This document shows, one piece after another, positions 11,201-20,609 of a stretch of DNA of 64,000 bases. The notes beneath the pieces are model-generated. The model was not told the origin of the DNA. It saw nothing but the letters and a program-made list of their open reading frames with translations, and did not search any database. The stretch lies in assembly GCA_963830915.1 (NCBI GenBank), contig CAWHOE010000005.1, forward strand, positions 1-64,000. The letters run 5' to 3'. The DNA comes from a candidate division FCPU426 bacterium. Lineage in GTDB: Bacteria > Oederibacteriota > Muellerivitia > Muellerivitales > Muellerivitaceae. The first letter of the stretch is position 1. Every line of letters starts with the position of its first letter. Position numbers and translations under genes: made by a program.

Positions 11201-12839
11201 CGGCGTGAACAGGGCCCTGGCCGCCCGGGCGTCCGGCTTGCCCGCCGCCGTCAACGGGATCTCGTCGACCAGGAGGAGCTGGCGGGGCACCTTGTAGCCG
11301 GCGATCCGGGAGCGGCAGTGGTCCCGTAGGGCCTCGATCGTCAGCGGCTCCGCGCCGTCCCGCATGCGGACCACCGCCGCCACCCGCTCACCGAAGCGCT
11401 CGTCGGGGAGCCCGACGACGATGGCGTCGTACACGCCGGGTGGCTCCTTGACGGCCGCCTCGACCTCCTCGGGGAAGATCTTCTCCCCGCCGGAGTTGAT
11501 GGACGCCGAGCCCCGGCCGTGGACGGTGATGACCCCGTCGGGCCCGACGGAGGCCAGGTCGCCCGGGACCGACCAGCGCACGCCGTGCTCGTCCGTCGGG
11601 AAGGTGGCCGTCCGTCTTCGCCGGGTCCTTGTAGTAGCCGAGCGGGATCCGTCCGGTCCTGGCCAGGCGGCCGATCCTGCCGTCACCGGGTCGGAGCGGC
11701 CGGAGGTCGTCGTCGAGGACCGCGGTGTCATCGCCCATCACGAACCGTCGGGCCGCTGGCGCCGACCTCCACCGCCCCCTGGGCGCCCGACTCGCTCGAG
11801 CCGAACCGGTCCATGACCATCACCCCGGGCAGCTGGGCGGCGAGGTCCGCCTTGACCGCGGCGGACAGCATCGCGCCGCCGGAGCCGATGACGGCGAGTG
11901 AGGACGTGTCGTAGGTCCCGGGTGCCGCCGGTCCAGCGCTCTCCGACAGGGGTCGGGCCATGGCGTCGCCCACCAGCGCGCTCGACACCACCCGCTCGTC
12001 GCCGATCATGCGCAGCAGCCGGTCCGGGTCGAAGTGGTGCCCGGTGTAGAGCACGGCGGTGCCGGCCATCATGAACGCGTTCCACATGGCCCACTGGGCG
12101 TTCCCGTGCATGAGGGGGGCGACCACCAGCATCGGCACCCGGCCGGACTCGTCGGTGTTGATCCGCCCGGCCAGCTCGTCGGGCGTGGCGATCGGCGGTG
12201 CACCCCAGCCCCCGCCGCCCATGGCCGCGAAGAAGATGTCCTCCTGGCGCCACAGCACGCCCTTGGGCATGCCGGTGGTCCCCCCGGTGTAGAGCACGTA
12301 GAGGTCGTCCGGTGACCGGGGACCGAAGTCCCGGTCGGCGGTTCCGGCGGCCAGCGCCTCCTCGTACCGGGCCGGGTCCGACCCGTGGACCGCCGCCACC
12401 GGGTCGGGTCCCGTGTCCGGGGTCCCGTCCTCGACCACCAGGAGCCGGAGGGACGCTCGCCGGGCCACCGTCGGCGAGGGCCGTCGGCCACCAGGGGGCC
12501 CAGCTCCCGCTCGTACACCAGGACCTCGAGGTCGGCGTTGTCGATCACGTAGGCCAGCTCGGCCGCCACGTAGCGGTAGTTGAGGTTGACCGGTACGCAC
12601 CGTGCCTTGTAGCAGCCGATCATGGCCTCGACCCACTCGGCCCGGTTGCGGGCCAGGATCCCGACGTGGGAGCCGACGTCGAGGCCCAGGGACGCCAGGT
12701 GGTGCGCGAACCGGTTGGCCCGCCCGTCGAGCCCGGCGTAGGTGAGGCGCACGTCGCCCGCCACCAGGGCCAGCCGGTCGGGGACGGTGTCCGCCACGAT
12801 CTCGAACAGGTCGGCCAGATTGAACTGCCGTTCACTCAC
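11195..12839 (-). CDS. Acyl-CoA synthetase, FadD19-like (frameshifted)
   Basis: FNLADLFE, YTGGTTGMPKG, FGSSESG, INSGGEKIFPEEVE and GKPD motifs. Confidence 0.9.
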
Positions 12840-12883
12840 GTCCGTCTCCCTCGTGTCGTCGGGCGGGACCGGTGTCCCGTCCC

Positions 12884-12922
12884 GCCGGATTGCCGGATTG
12901 CCGGATTGCCGGATTGCCGGAT
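12884..12922. repeat. 8-bp tandem repeat (GCCGGATT) x ~4.9
   Basis: Read directly in the divergent intergenic region. Confidence 0.9.
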
Positions 12923-13045
12923 CCGGCGGTCCGTAGCATGCTGCTCCCGGACTCCGAACGGTAGCCACTCCGGTCACCGGGCCGGAATGCGGCCGACCCA
13001 GGAGCACCGACGATCGCCGCCCGCATCACACAGAGGAGACCACCC

Positions 13046-13919
13046 GTGACCGCTGCCACCGCCCACCCGACGGGGATCGTCGGCTACACCGCGCTGGTCA
13101 CCGGGGGCGGGAGTGGCATCGGCCTGGGCACGGCGACCCGGCTGGTGGCCGACGGGGCCCACGTGACGATCTGTGGCCGCACCGAGGCGAAGCTGGCGGC
13201 CGCCGTGGCCGAGCTGGAGGCCACGGCCGCGCGATGCCGGGGCGGCCGGCGGTCCGGTCGGGCACGGCCCGGTACGTGGTGGCCGACGTGACCGTCGAGG
13301 ACCAGATCGCCGCGGCGGTGTCGGCCGCGGCCGCCCCCCGGGGACACCTCGACATCCTCTTCGCCTGTGCCGGCGGCAGCTTCCACATGGGGCCGATCAC
13401 CGGAGGCCGACCTCGAAGCGGTCCGGGCCACGGTCGACCTGAACCTGGTCGGCACGTTCCTGTGCCTCAAGCACGGCGCCCCCCTGATGGCCGCCGGGGT
13501 CGGGACGGGCGTAGACGGGGGCGAGGCCCACCGGCGGGTCGTTCATCGGGATGTCGTCAGGGGCCGGGCACTTCCCCCACCGCTACCTGTGGGCCTACGG
13601 GGCGTCCAAGGCCGGGGTGGACATGCTGTGCCGGAGCGCGGCCGACGAGTTCGGTCCCACCGGCCTGCGGGTCAACTCGGTGCAGCCCGGGATCGTCGAC
13701 GACGAGCTCATGTCCTTCATCACCGCCGGCGGCCCCCTCCTCGACGACTACCTCGACGGGATGCCCATCCGCCGCGTCGGCACGGTCGAGGACGTGGCCA
13801 CCGCCGTCCGCTATCTCGCCGGTCCCGAGTCGGGCTGGGTCACCGGGGTCAACTTCCCGGTGGACGGGGGGCACCACCTGCGGGGCGGTCCCGACTACGG
13901 GCTCCTGCTGGGGGAGTAG
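13046..13919 (+). CDS. Short-chain dehydrogenase/reductase (frameshifted)
   Basis: TGGGSGIG, YGASK and VDGG motifs. Confidence 0.9.
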
Positions 13920-14077
13920 GGGCCGCCCGGCCCGACCGGTCCGGTCGGGTGGGGCACTGGTAGCGTCTGGGGGTCCGTTGTCGTTCGGGGTGTCGTCCGG
14001 ACGTGCCGCGTGCCCGCCGGGTCCGCGGTGCGCCCGAAGCAGAGCATGAGGGGGCCGGCACCCCACCGGAGGTCACC

Positions 14078-14885
14078 ATGACGCTCAGCCACGGGAAGGT
14101 GACACGGAGGCGTCGCGTCGCCGGGCCGACCGCGGGGGTGGCCCTCGGGGTGGTGCTGTCGGCGGGGGTCGTCGGAGCCGGGATGCTGGCATCGGCCCCG
14201 GTGGCGGTGGCCGCCACGGGTGCCGCACCGCCGACGACGCTCACCGTCCCGACCGCCCTGGGCCACCGGGCGCGCCACGGCGCGGTGGCCCGCCGGACCA
14301 CCGACGTGCGCGGCGTCGACGCCCTCGGTCACGTGACCGCGGCCGGTGTGGCCTCACGCCAGGCGTCCTCGGCCTCGCGCAAGCTGGTCTCCTACGGAGG
14401 CGGTCTCACCGCCGGTGGCCTGGTGTCCGCCGGGGTGACCACCGGGCAGCCCCAGGTGTTCGTGGTGTTCATGGGTGCCCAGTGGGGGACGGAGAGCACC
14501 GACGGGGCCGGCCGAGCGGTGTTCAGCGGTGACCCGGACGGCATGGCCCCCGCCCTCCAGACGCTGTACGCCGGCCTCGGCACCGACGGGGAGACGTGGA
14601 GCGGGATCATGACCCAGTACTGCGACGGCGCCGCCGTCGGGGCCACGTCGTGCCAGCAGGGCGACACCATGGTCCCCCATCCCTCGCCGGACGTGCTCGC
14701 CGGGGTCTGGTACGACGATTCCGGTCCGGCGACCAGCGAGGAGGGCAGCGGCCTGACCGAGCACCAGATCGCCGCCGAGGCCGAGGCCGCCGCCGTGCAC
14801 TTCGGCCTCACCGACCAGGCCTCCAACCGGGACGCCCAGTACGTCATCGTCTCGCCGACCGGCACCGATCCGGACGGGTGGGAGT
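14078..14885 (+). CDS. Secreted hypothetical protein, 3' end cut at junction
   Basis: GGAGG RBS, Arg-rich signal-like N-terminus, GC-biased frame ending abruptly at ~14885. Confidence 0.6.
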
Positions 14886-16241
14886 CGGGAGCACATCGGC
14901 TACAAAAAGCTCTTCCTGGCCAGCCTCCTGGTCTTCACCGGCGGGTCGCTCCTTTGCGGCCTGGCCTGGAACCTTCCGGCCCTGGTCGCGGCGCGCGTCA
15001 TCCAGGCCTTGGGCGGCGGGGCCATCACCCCCACCGGCATGGCCATGATCACCGAGGTGTTCGAACCCAAGGAAAGGGGCAAGGCCATCGGCTACTGGGC
15101 GGTCGGGGTCATCGTGGGCCCCGCCTTCGGCCCGACCCTGGGCGGTTACCTCACCCACGTGTTCGGCTGGCGTTCCATCTTCACCATCAACCTGCCCATC
15201 GGCATCATCGGCGTGTTGTTGGCCATCACCCTGCTCAAAGAGGACAAACCCTCGACGGCTTACAAGCACCCCTTCGACCTCTGGGGCTTCCTGTTCCTTT
15301 CCACCTTCCTGGTGGCCCTGCTGTTGGGTCTTTCCAAGGGCGAGGACAAGGGATGGGATTCCAACTACATCCTCACCTGCTGGGCCCTGGCAGTGACCGG
15401 CTTCATCGGCTTCCTGGTGGTGGAAAAAGCCACGCCCAACGGCATCATGGATGTGCGTCTGCTGAAACAGCCCATTTACTCCGCCTGCATGCTGGTGGTC
15501 TCGGCCAGGTCGCTCGCCCTCTTCGGAGGCACCTTCCTGCTTCCTATTTTCCTTCAGAACATGATGGGGTTCGATGAGATCCAGAGCGGGTTGATCCTGC
15601 TCCCCGGCGCCCTCTTGATCGCCGTCCTGATGCCCTTGGCGTCCAAGTTGGCGGACCGGACCGGCCCCCTCTTGCCCTCCCTGGTCGGCCTCATCCTGAT
15701 CGCCTATTTCATGTACGCCTACCGTGACCTGGATGTGAATACCAGCCTCTGGGGCGTCATCGCCCCCACCCTCATACGGGGATTGGGCATCGCCCTTCTG
15801 ATCACGCCCGTCATGGTGACCGCGCTCAATTCCATCCCCAAGCACAAGGCCGGGATGGCCTCGTCCATGCTCAATCTTTGCCAGCAGGTCGCCGGTTCCA
15901 TCGGCATCGGCATCCTGGGCGCGGTCTTGAGCCACCGCACCGTCTTCCATCAGGGGTTGGTGGCGTCCGTTTGGGACCCCACTTCCCCCGCCACGGCCCA
16001 GACCGTCGGCCAGGTGGCCGACCGCCTGCAATCGCTGGGGGTCTCACCCGACATGGTCCACACCGGGGCCCTCTTTACCGTGATGGGGCATATTTATAAA
16101 ATGGCGGCGGTGGCGGGTTTTGAGGATTCTTTCCTGGTGGGCATGGCCATCGTGCTGTTGGCCATCATCCCGGCGATGTTTTTGCCGACCCGTAACGTGC
16201 ATCACCAGGGCGACCCCGACTCCGTCGCCGTCGCTGACTAA
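14886..16241 (+). CDS. DHA2 (EmrB/QacA) MFS transporter, 5' end missing
   Basis: Frame open from 14886 (REHIGYKKLF...ARVIQALGGG); GPTLGGYL and WRSIFTINLPIG motifs. Confidence 0.9.
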   Translation, partial: REHIGYKKLFLASLLVFTGGSLLCGLAWNLPALVAARVIQALGGGAITPTGMAMITEVFEPKERGKAIGYWAVGVIVGPAFGPTLGGYLTHVFGWRSIFTINLPIGIIGVLLAITLLKEDKPSTAYKHPFDLWGFLFLSTFLVALLLGLSKGEDKGWDSNYILTCWALAVTGFIGFLVVEKATPNGIMDVRLLKQPIYSACMLVVSARSLALFGGTFLLPIFLQNMMGFDEIQSGLILLPGALLIAVLMPLASKLADRTGPLLPSLVGLILIAYFMYAYRDLDVNTSLWGVIAPTLIRGLGIALLITPVMVTALNSIPKHKAGMASSMLNLCQQVAGSIGIGILGAVLSHRTVFHQGLVASVWDPTSPATAQTVGQVADRLQSLGVSPDMVHTGALFTVMGHIYKMAAVAGFEDSFLVGMAIVLLAIIPAMFLPTRNVHHQGDPDSVAVAD

Positions 16242-16257
16242 AGCAACAACCACTTGA

Positions 16258-16558
16258 ACCACAGAGTCGCACAGAGTCACACAGAGTAAAGATTTAACAG
16301 CGAATCTTTGATTGGGTTGAACCCTGTGATGACTTTGGGTAGATGTTTTGACTGAACAAAATTGCAGATGTTTAACTCTGTGCCGATTCACAAATAAAAT
16401 AAATTGGAAGTCGGTACTATACCGACCTCTTTAAAATATTTTATTAGAAGGTCGGTATGTGTGACTCCGTGCGACTCTGTGGTTAATCTTGTTTTTGACG
16501 TTGGTTTTGCTGTTACCAAACCGTGTCTTACTCTGTGTGACTCTGTGCGACTCTGTGT
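16258..16558. repeat. REP-like cluster of 10-bp units (CACAGAGTCR) with inverted copies
   Basis: CACAGAGTCGCACAGAGTCACACAGAG at ~16260 and its reverse complement at ~16531. A third, inverted copy is interrupted at 16381-16457. Confidence 0.85.
16381..16457. repeat. ~77-bp double-hairpin miniature element, copy 1
   Basis: TGCCGA...TCGGTACTATACCGACCTC...GAAGGTCGGTA; copies at 51814-51889 and 52035-52114. Confidence 0.85.
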
Positions 16559-16582
16559 TAAATTCTGTTTTGAGGAGTCTTT

Positions 16583-17212
16583 ATGAAAAACTTCAATGGC
16601 CTGAACATCCCCGAGAACCTCTCCGAGATCGTCAACCCCTCCCATTCCTGCCTGGTCGTCTGGGACGTCCAGAACGCCCTCATCAAGCGTATCTACAACA
16701 AAGACACCTACCTGGAGAAATTGGCCCCCGTGGTCGAGAAACTGCGCTCCAAGATGCCGGTCTTTTACACCCTCATCACTCCCCTGCCCCAGCCATTCCA
16801 ATCCGCCTGGGGTCTTTACTCCATGATGAGACGCTACGGCGTTTCCGACCCTTCCAAGATTCCGCCCTTCATGGCCCCCGGCACGGACGACCGTGAGATC
16901 CCCTCGGCGGTCAAGCCAGGCCCCAAGGACATCGCCTTTGAGAAATCCACCCCCAATATCTTCCTGGGCACCAATTTCGAGGCCATGCTCCGCAACAAAG
17001 GCATCAGCACCATCCTTTTCACGGGTATCGCCACTGAGATGGGGGTGGAACTCTCCGCCCGCGACGCCGCGGCCCGGGGATTCTTTCCTGTGGTCATTTC
17101 GGATTGCGTGTCATCGATGGACCAGGCCGCTCATGACCGCGGTCTGACGAACATGGCCCGCATGTTGATCGTGGAGGATTCCAGCGCGGTCCTCAAAGCG
17201 GTGGGGTTATAA
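16583..17212 (+). CDS. Cysteine hydrolase / isochorismatase family
   Basis: LVVWDVQN, FEKSTPNIF and TGIATEMGVE motifs; GAGGAG RBS. Confidence 0.85.
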   Translation: MKNFNGLNIPENLSEIVNPSHSCLVVWDVQNALIKRIYNKDTYLEKLAPVVEKLRSKMPVFYTLITPLPQPFQSAWGLYSMMRRYGVSDPSKIPPFMAPGTDDREIPSAVKPGPKDIAFEKSTPNIFLGTNFEAMLRNKGISTILFTGIATEMGVELSARDAAARGFFPVVISDCVSSMDQAAHDRGLTNMARMLIVEDSSAVLKAVGL

Positions 17213-17218
17213 AACCAG
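17128..17218 (+). repeat. 91-bp direct repeat, copy 1 (3' end of hydrolase gene)
   Basis: Matches 18647-18737 with 6 substitutions. Confidence 0.95.
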
Positions 17219-17286
17219 GGAGAATTTCTAAGCGACAACGTGATGGCGAGGTCCTATCGTTAGCGAGACGCCATTCTTCCCGTTTG

Positions 17287-17732
17287 TTATAAACCCAAAA
17301 CTTTCCGTAGACGGGCCGATTGATCTTGCCGCTTCTTGGGGCTCATTTCGCGGATATTTTCCAGCTACCACCGCAAGCCGGGCAACCTCTCAACGCCCGG
17401 CAGGCCCAAAAGGTTCCAATCCGGTTCGCCGTCCTTGAGGGACAACAAGAAATTTTTCTCAGGAACGGTCAAACCGGCGTGGATGAGTCGAAGCAATTCA
17501 TTCCTCGTTTCCACCAACTTATCCAACTCGACCTGGAAATATCGGTGAGGGCTTCGTCCCGGGTGTTCATCGGGATGTAGGTCAGGTCGATATCCACCGA
17601 AAACCTCGGCATTTCCCGTACGAAAAGATTGATGGCCGTGCCCCCTTTCAAGGCGAAACCGCCGGCCTTTTCGATGAAGGGCAATACCTGCAAAAGAAGC
17701 CTTGCCTGCTTGAAATAGCCAGTGTCCTTCAT
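17287..17732 (-). pseudogene. abiEii: AbiEii nucleotidyltransferase toxin, internally deleted
   Basis: N-terminus FALKGGTAINLF...SVDIDL joined out of frame to a C-terminal piece (FLLSLKDGEPDWNLLGL...LPGLRW*LENI) containing an in-frame TAG. Confidence 0.8.
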
Positions 17733-18508
17733 GGGGCGTCCTCCCGTGATTCGGCGGGAACGGTTATTTTGTACTTCGGATCGTACTTGCCCCCCAAAAC
17801 CACGGACCTTTTCCCTTTCCCCAGATCCACCCTCGATAGGTCGAGCCGCTGGAACCAGGAGTGGTTCGCGTGTTCCGCCATATAAAGGAAACACCGCTTC
17901 ACTTTGACGGAACGACAGGTCCTCAAAAGGGACGACACCAAATCCGGCCTCAAAGTCGAAAGGCCTTCCATCAAATGGACCGCTCCCTCAAAGGACGTGC
18001 TCCCTGGCATTAATAGCAGGGTTTCAAGCATGGCGCGTTCGGGGGAGGACAGGAGGATACCCGCTTCCTCATCTTCGGTGAGGCCGTATCGCGTTTGGTA
18101 GGGGAGAAAATCCGTTGTTTGGTATTGCACCTTATTGGCCCAATCGAATTTCAGGAACCACGCGGGCGGTTTGGCGCCCTGGGGGCCAAAGAGATAGACG
18201 GGCGGCGGGGTATTCATGGAAGCGGTATGACCGTAACCATGCCAACGCAAGGCGGTCTCTCCCCCGGCGTGGATGGGCAGGTCGAGCTGTTTCTGGAGGG
18301 TGTTCAGGCCGCCCGGCCAAAGGGGTTTGCTTTCGGCCCTGTAAAAAGCGCCAGACCCCGCGGGTTTTAACCAACCGCCTTTGACGTAAGCCCGGGCCAA
18401 AAACCGACTCACGCCCTTTTCCGTCAGCCACTTTTGAGTGACCATCCCACCATGAGGAGGCCAGGCCATGAGAATTTGGTTTATTTTGCTTTTGTTTTGT
18501 GTACTCAT
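17729..18508 (-). CDS. abiEi: Type IV TA AbiEi antitoxin
   Basis: SKINQIL..WP, GGETAL..HG, SSPERAMLE, LRPDLV..LL..C.SVKVKR and DLGKGKR. Confidence 0.9.
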   Translation of the reverse strand: MSTQNKSKINQILMAWPPHGGMVTQKWLTEKGVSRFLARAYVKGGWLKPAGSGAFYRAESKPLWPGGLNTLQKQLDLPIHAGGETALRWHGYGHTASMNTPPPVYLFGPQGAKPPAWFLKFDWANKVQYQTTDFLPYQTRYGLTEDEEAGILLSSPERAMLETLLLMPGSTSFEGAVHLMEGLSTLRPDLVSSLLRTCRSVKVKRCFLYMAEHANHSWFQRLDLSRVDLGKGKRSVVLGGKYDPKYKITVPAESREDAP

Positions 18509-18646
18509 AATGCACATATTATCATTTTTCCAAACTTTTTAGGCAAATTAGTTTATATATACTTGTTTTTGTGCAGTTGTATTGCACTTTTTTATTTATT
18601 TTTGAACCTTTATCTCAGAGGAACGAACATATTTTTTGAATCCCAT

Positions 18647-18737
18647 CGCTCATGACCGGGGTCTGACGAACATGGCCCGCATGTTGATCGTGGAGGATTC
18701 CAGCGCGGTTCTTAAAGCCGTGGGGTTGTAGAACCAG
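18647..18737 (+). repeat. 91-bp direct repeat, copy 2 (displaced gene end)
   Basis: Encodes the same C-terminal peptide AHDRGLTNMARMLIVEDSSAVLKAVGL*. Confidence 0.95.
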
Positions 18738-18785
18738 CGGGATTGCTTTGGCCTGTTTTTAGGCCCTCCAGGTGTTTTTGACGCC

Positions 18786-18814
18786 TTGACGTCATGACGT
18801 CATTATGCTAGTTT
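18786..18814 (+). promoter_or_regulatory. Promoter with overlapping 16-bp palindromic operator
   Basis: TTGACG-17nt-TAGTTT; TGACGTCATGACGTCA at 18787-18802. Confidence 0.65.
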
Positions 18815-18832
18815 TTAACCAGGAGGTTCCCC

Positions 18833-19189
18833 ATGAACTCTAAAGCCACCCTTTACCTGGATAACGCCCTTTTGAAAGCCGCCAAGATCAAAGCGGCCCA
18901 TTCCGAAAAGACCCTCTCTTACCTGGTGAACGAAGCCCTGCGCCTTTCCCTTCAGGAGGAAGGGATCGATTACGGTGGTTTCGGGAAAAAGCCTGAAGGT
19001 TCGAACCAGCTCATCGACCAACCATCCATCTCCGAGATCGTGGAACAGAAACTCCTGGAGATATTAGGGGACCCGGAAAGCGACTTCATCCTTTCCCCCG
19101 CCGTCAAAAAAAGACTGGCCAAACACTATCAGAAGAAAGACCTCTTAAGCGCGGACCAGGCCGCGTCCCAACTTGGCCTTAAATGGTGA
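18833..19189 (+). CDS. Putative antitoxin (RHH/CopG-like N-terminus)
   Basis: KATLYLD..LLKAAKIKAA..TLSYLVNEAL; overlaps the RelE-like gene. Confidence 0.7.
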   Translation: MNSKATLYLDNALLKAAKIKAAHSEKTLSYLVNEALRLSLQEEGIDYGGFGKKPEGSNQLIDQPSISEIVEQKLLEILGDPESDFILSPAVKKRLAKHYQKKDLLSADQAASQLGLKW

Positions 19190-19452
19190 GTGACCTCACG
19201 GTTCGTTTCACGCCCGACGCGGTCCTGGACCTCAAGCGGATGGATAAAACAACCGCCCAGAGGGTCCTGGATAAGATCAAATGGTTCTCCAAAAACAGCG
19301 AGTTGGCCGTACGCCTTCCCCTGCAAAACCAGCTTAAAGGCAAATACAAACTCCGCGCGGGCGATTGGCGTGTCATCTATGAATTGGTCGATAAGGACAA
19401 AGTCATGGTCATACTTTATATAGGCCACCGAAGCGTTGTTTATAAAAGGTGA
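19183..19452 (+). CDS. RelE/ParE-family toxin
   Basis: LKGKYKLRAGDWRVIY...IGHRSVVYK. Confidence 0.9.
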   Translation: MVSDLTVRFTPDAVLDLKRMDKTTAQRVLDKIKWFSKNSELAVRLPLQNQLKGKYKLRAGDWRVIYELVDKDKVMVILYIGHRSVVYKR

Positions 19453-19457
19453 GCGAT

Positions 19458-19736
19458 ATGAAAGTAACCACCACCCCGCGTGAAAAGAAAATACTAAGAG
19501 CCTACGAAGCTGGAGAGTTGAAAAGCGTAAAGAACCTGCCAGCGGAACTGAGGAAATATCAGGCCTACGCCAAGGAAACCCTCAACAAAAACCGCAGGAT
19601 CAATATACGTATTTCCGAGTATGATTTGAAAGCCCTCCAAGTGAAAGCCATGGAGGAAGGTATTCCCTACCAGACCTTCATCTCCAGCGTTCTGCACAAA
19701 GTCGCCGACGGGCGCATCCCCCACCATTCTTCGTGA
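19458..19736 (+). CDS. CopG/BrnA-like antitoxin (orphan)
   Basis: RINIRIS..DL..LQVKA.EEGIPYQTFISSVLH. Confidence 0.8.
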   Translation: MKVTTTPREKKILRAYEAGELKSVKNLPAELRKYQAYAKETLNKNRRINIRISEYDLKALQVKAMEEGIPYQTFISSVLHKVADGRIPHHSS

Positions 19737-19831
19737 GACAACCGATCTTTCGAGGATATCACCTTGTTTTCGGGTCTATCCGGTTAAATCGCGAGGGGTT
19801 GATCAGGAGACATTCGAGTTCGACCAAACAG

Positions 19832-20215
19832 TCAATGTTTGATCTTTTTAACATGCGGTAAATGGTCGAAATGCTTGTCCAATGTCAGCAATGGGAGTTG
19901 ATGCCGAACACAGAGAGAGGCGATCAAGCCGTCGGTCGCGGGGATGTGAACGCCTTTAGCCCTTAGCGAAGCCAATAGTTCCCCGGCCATCTGAAAATCA
20001 GCCCGTTCGGTTTCGATATATCGCAGGGCGGTCAAAAGGTCCACCAATCGGTCTTTATCGGCGGGCCGGACGCCCTGGAGCAGTTCCATCTCCACCGTCC
20101 CGCAAAGCGCCGCCCTTTTTTCCTCCAAGAGGTTGTCCAGTACCGCCACGGCCTCGCTTTGGCCCCCGCGGAAATAATCGACCCAGACCGAGGTATCAAC
20201 GAGAACGCTTGCCAT
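19832..20215 (-). CDS. vapC: VapC PIN-domain toxin
   Basis: VLVDTSVWVDYF, ELLQG, TDGLIA and LTLDKHF. Confidence 0.9.
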   Translation of the reverse strand: MASVLVDTSVWVDYFRGGQSEAVAVLDNLLEEKRAALCGTVEMELLQGVRPADKDRLVDLLTALRYIETERADFQMAGELLASLRAKGVHIPATDGLIASLCVRHQLPLLTLDKHFDHLPHVKKIKH

Positions 20216-20429
20216 AGGTCGCCTTGTTTTCTTGGATTTCCATGGAACGTAATTTTTCCCAATTGTATTCTATGTAAAGTTTGCCTTTTAACGCCTTCAA
20301 TTGCTCCAGCTTCTGGTTTTGGACCCAATCCTCCAAGGCGTGATTCACCGCTTCAGTTCGGGTCTTGGAATGGGTGTATTTCATCAACTTTTCCATCACC
20401 CCATCTTGGACGTTTATGGTGGTTCTCAT
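20196..20429 (-). CDS. vapB: VapB-family antitoxin
   Basis: MRTTINV...KTRTEAVNHAL; overlaps vapC. Confidence 0.85.
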   Translation of the reverse strand: MRTTINVQDGVMEKLMKYTHSKTRTEAVNHALEDWVQNQKLEQLKALKGKLYIEYNWEKLRSMEIQENKATYGKRSR

Positions 20430-20609
20430 CGTTCCCTCCATCATCATTTATACCCATTATTATATGCTCATTGATATCATCTTTTACAGGCTTATTTGAT
20501 GCTATTTCTCACAAAAATTTACCTTCACGACACAATCCCCCGCCTATTAAAAGGTAACCTCAACTCTTAGAATTGCTGGGCCGCTTCAACGAACCATGGG
20601 GAGTGTGAA

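Noticed and set aside
590..14885. Mass pseudogenisation or programmed frameshifting in the GC-rich segment
   Set aside because: Nearly every gene has several indels while motifs stay intact, which is typical of low-coverage long-read error.
14003..15577. 524-aa ORF as a novel fusion protein
   Set aside because: It reads through the junction into an off-frame part of the MFS gene.
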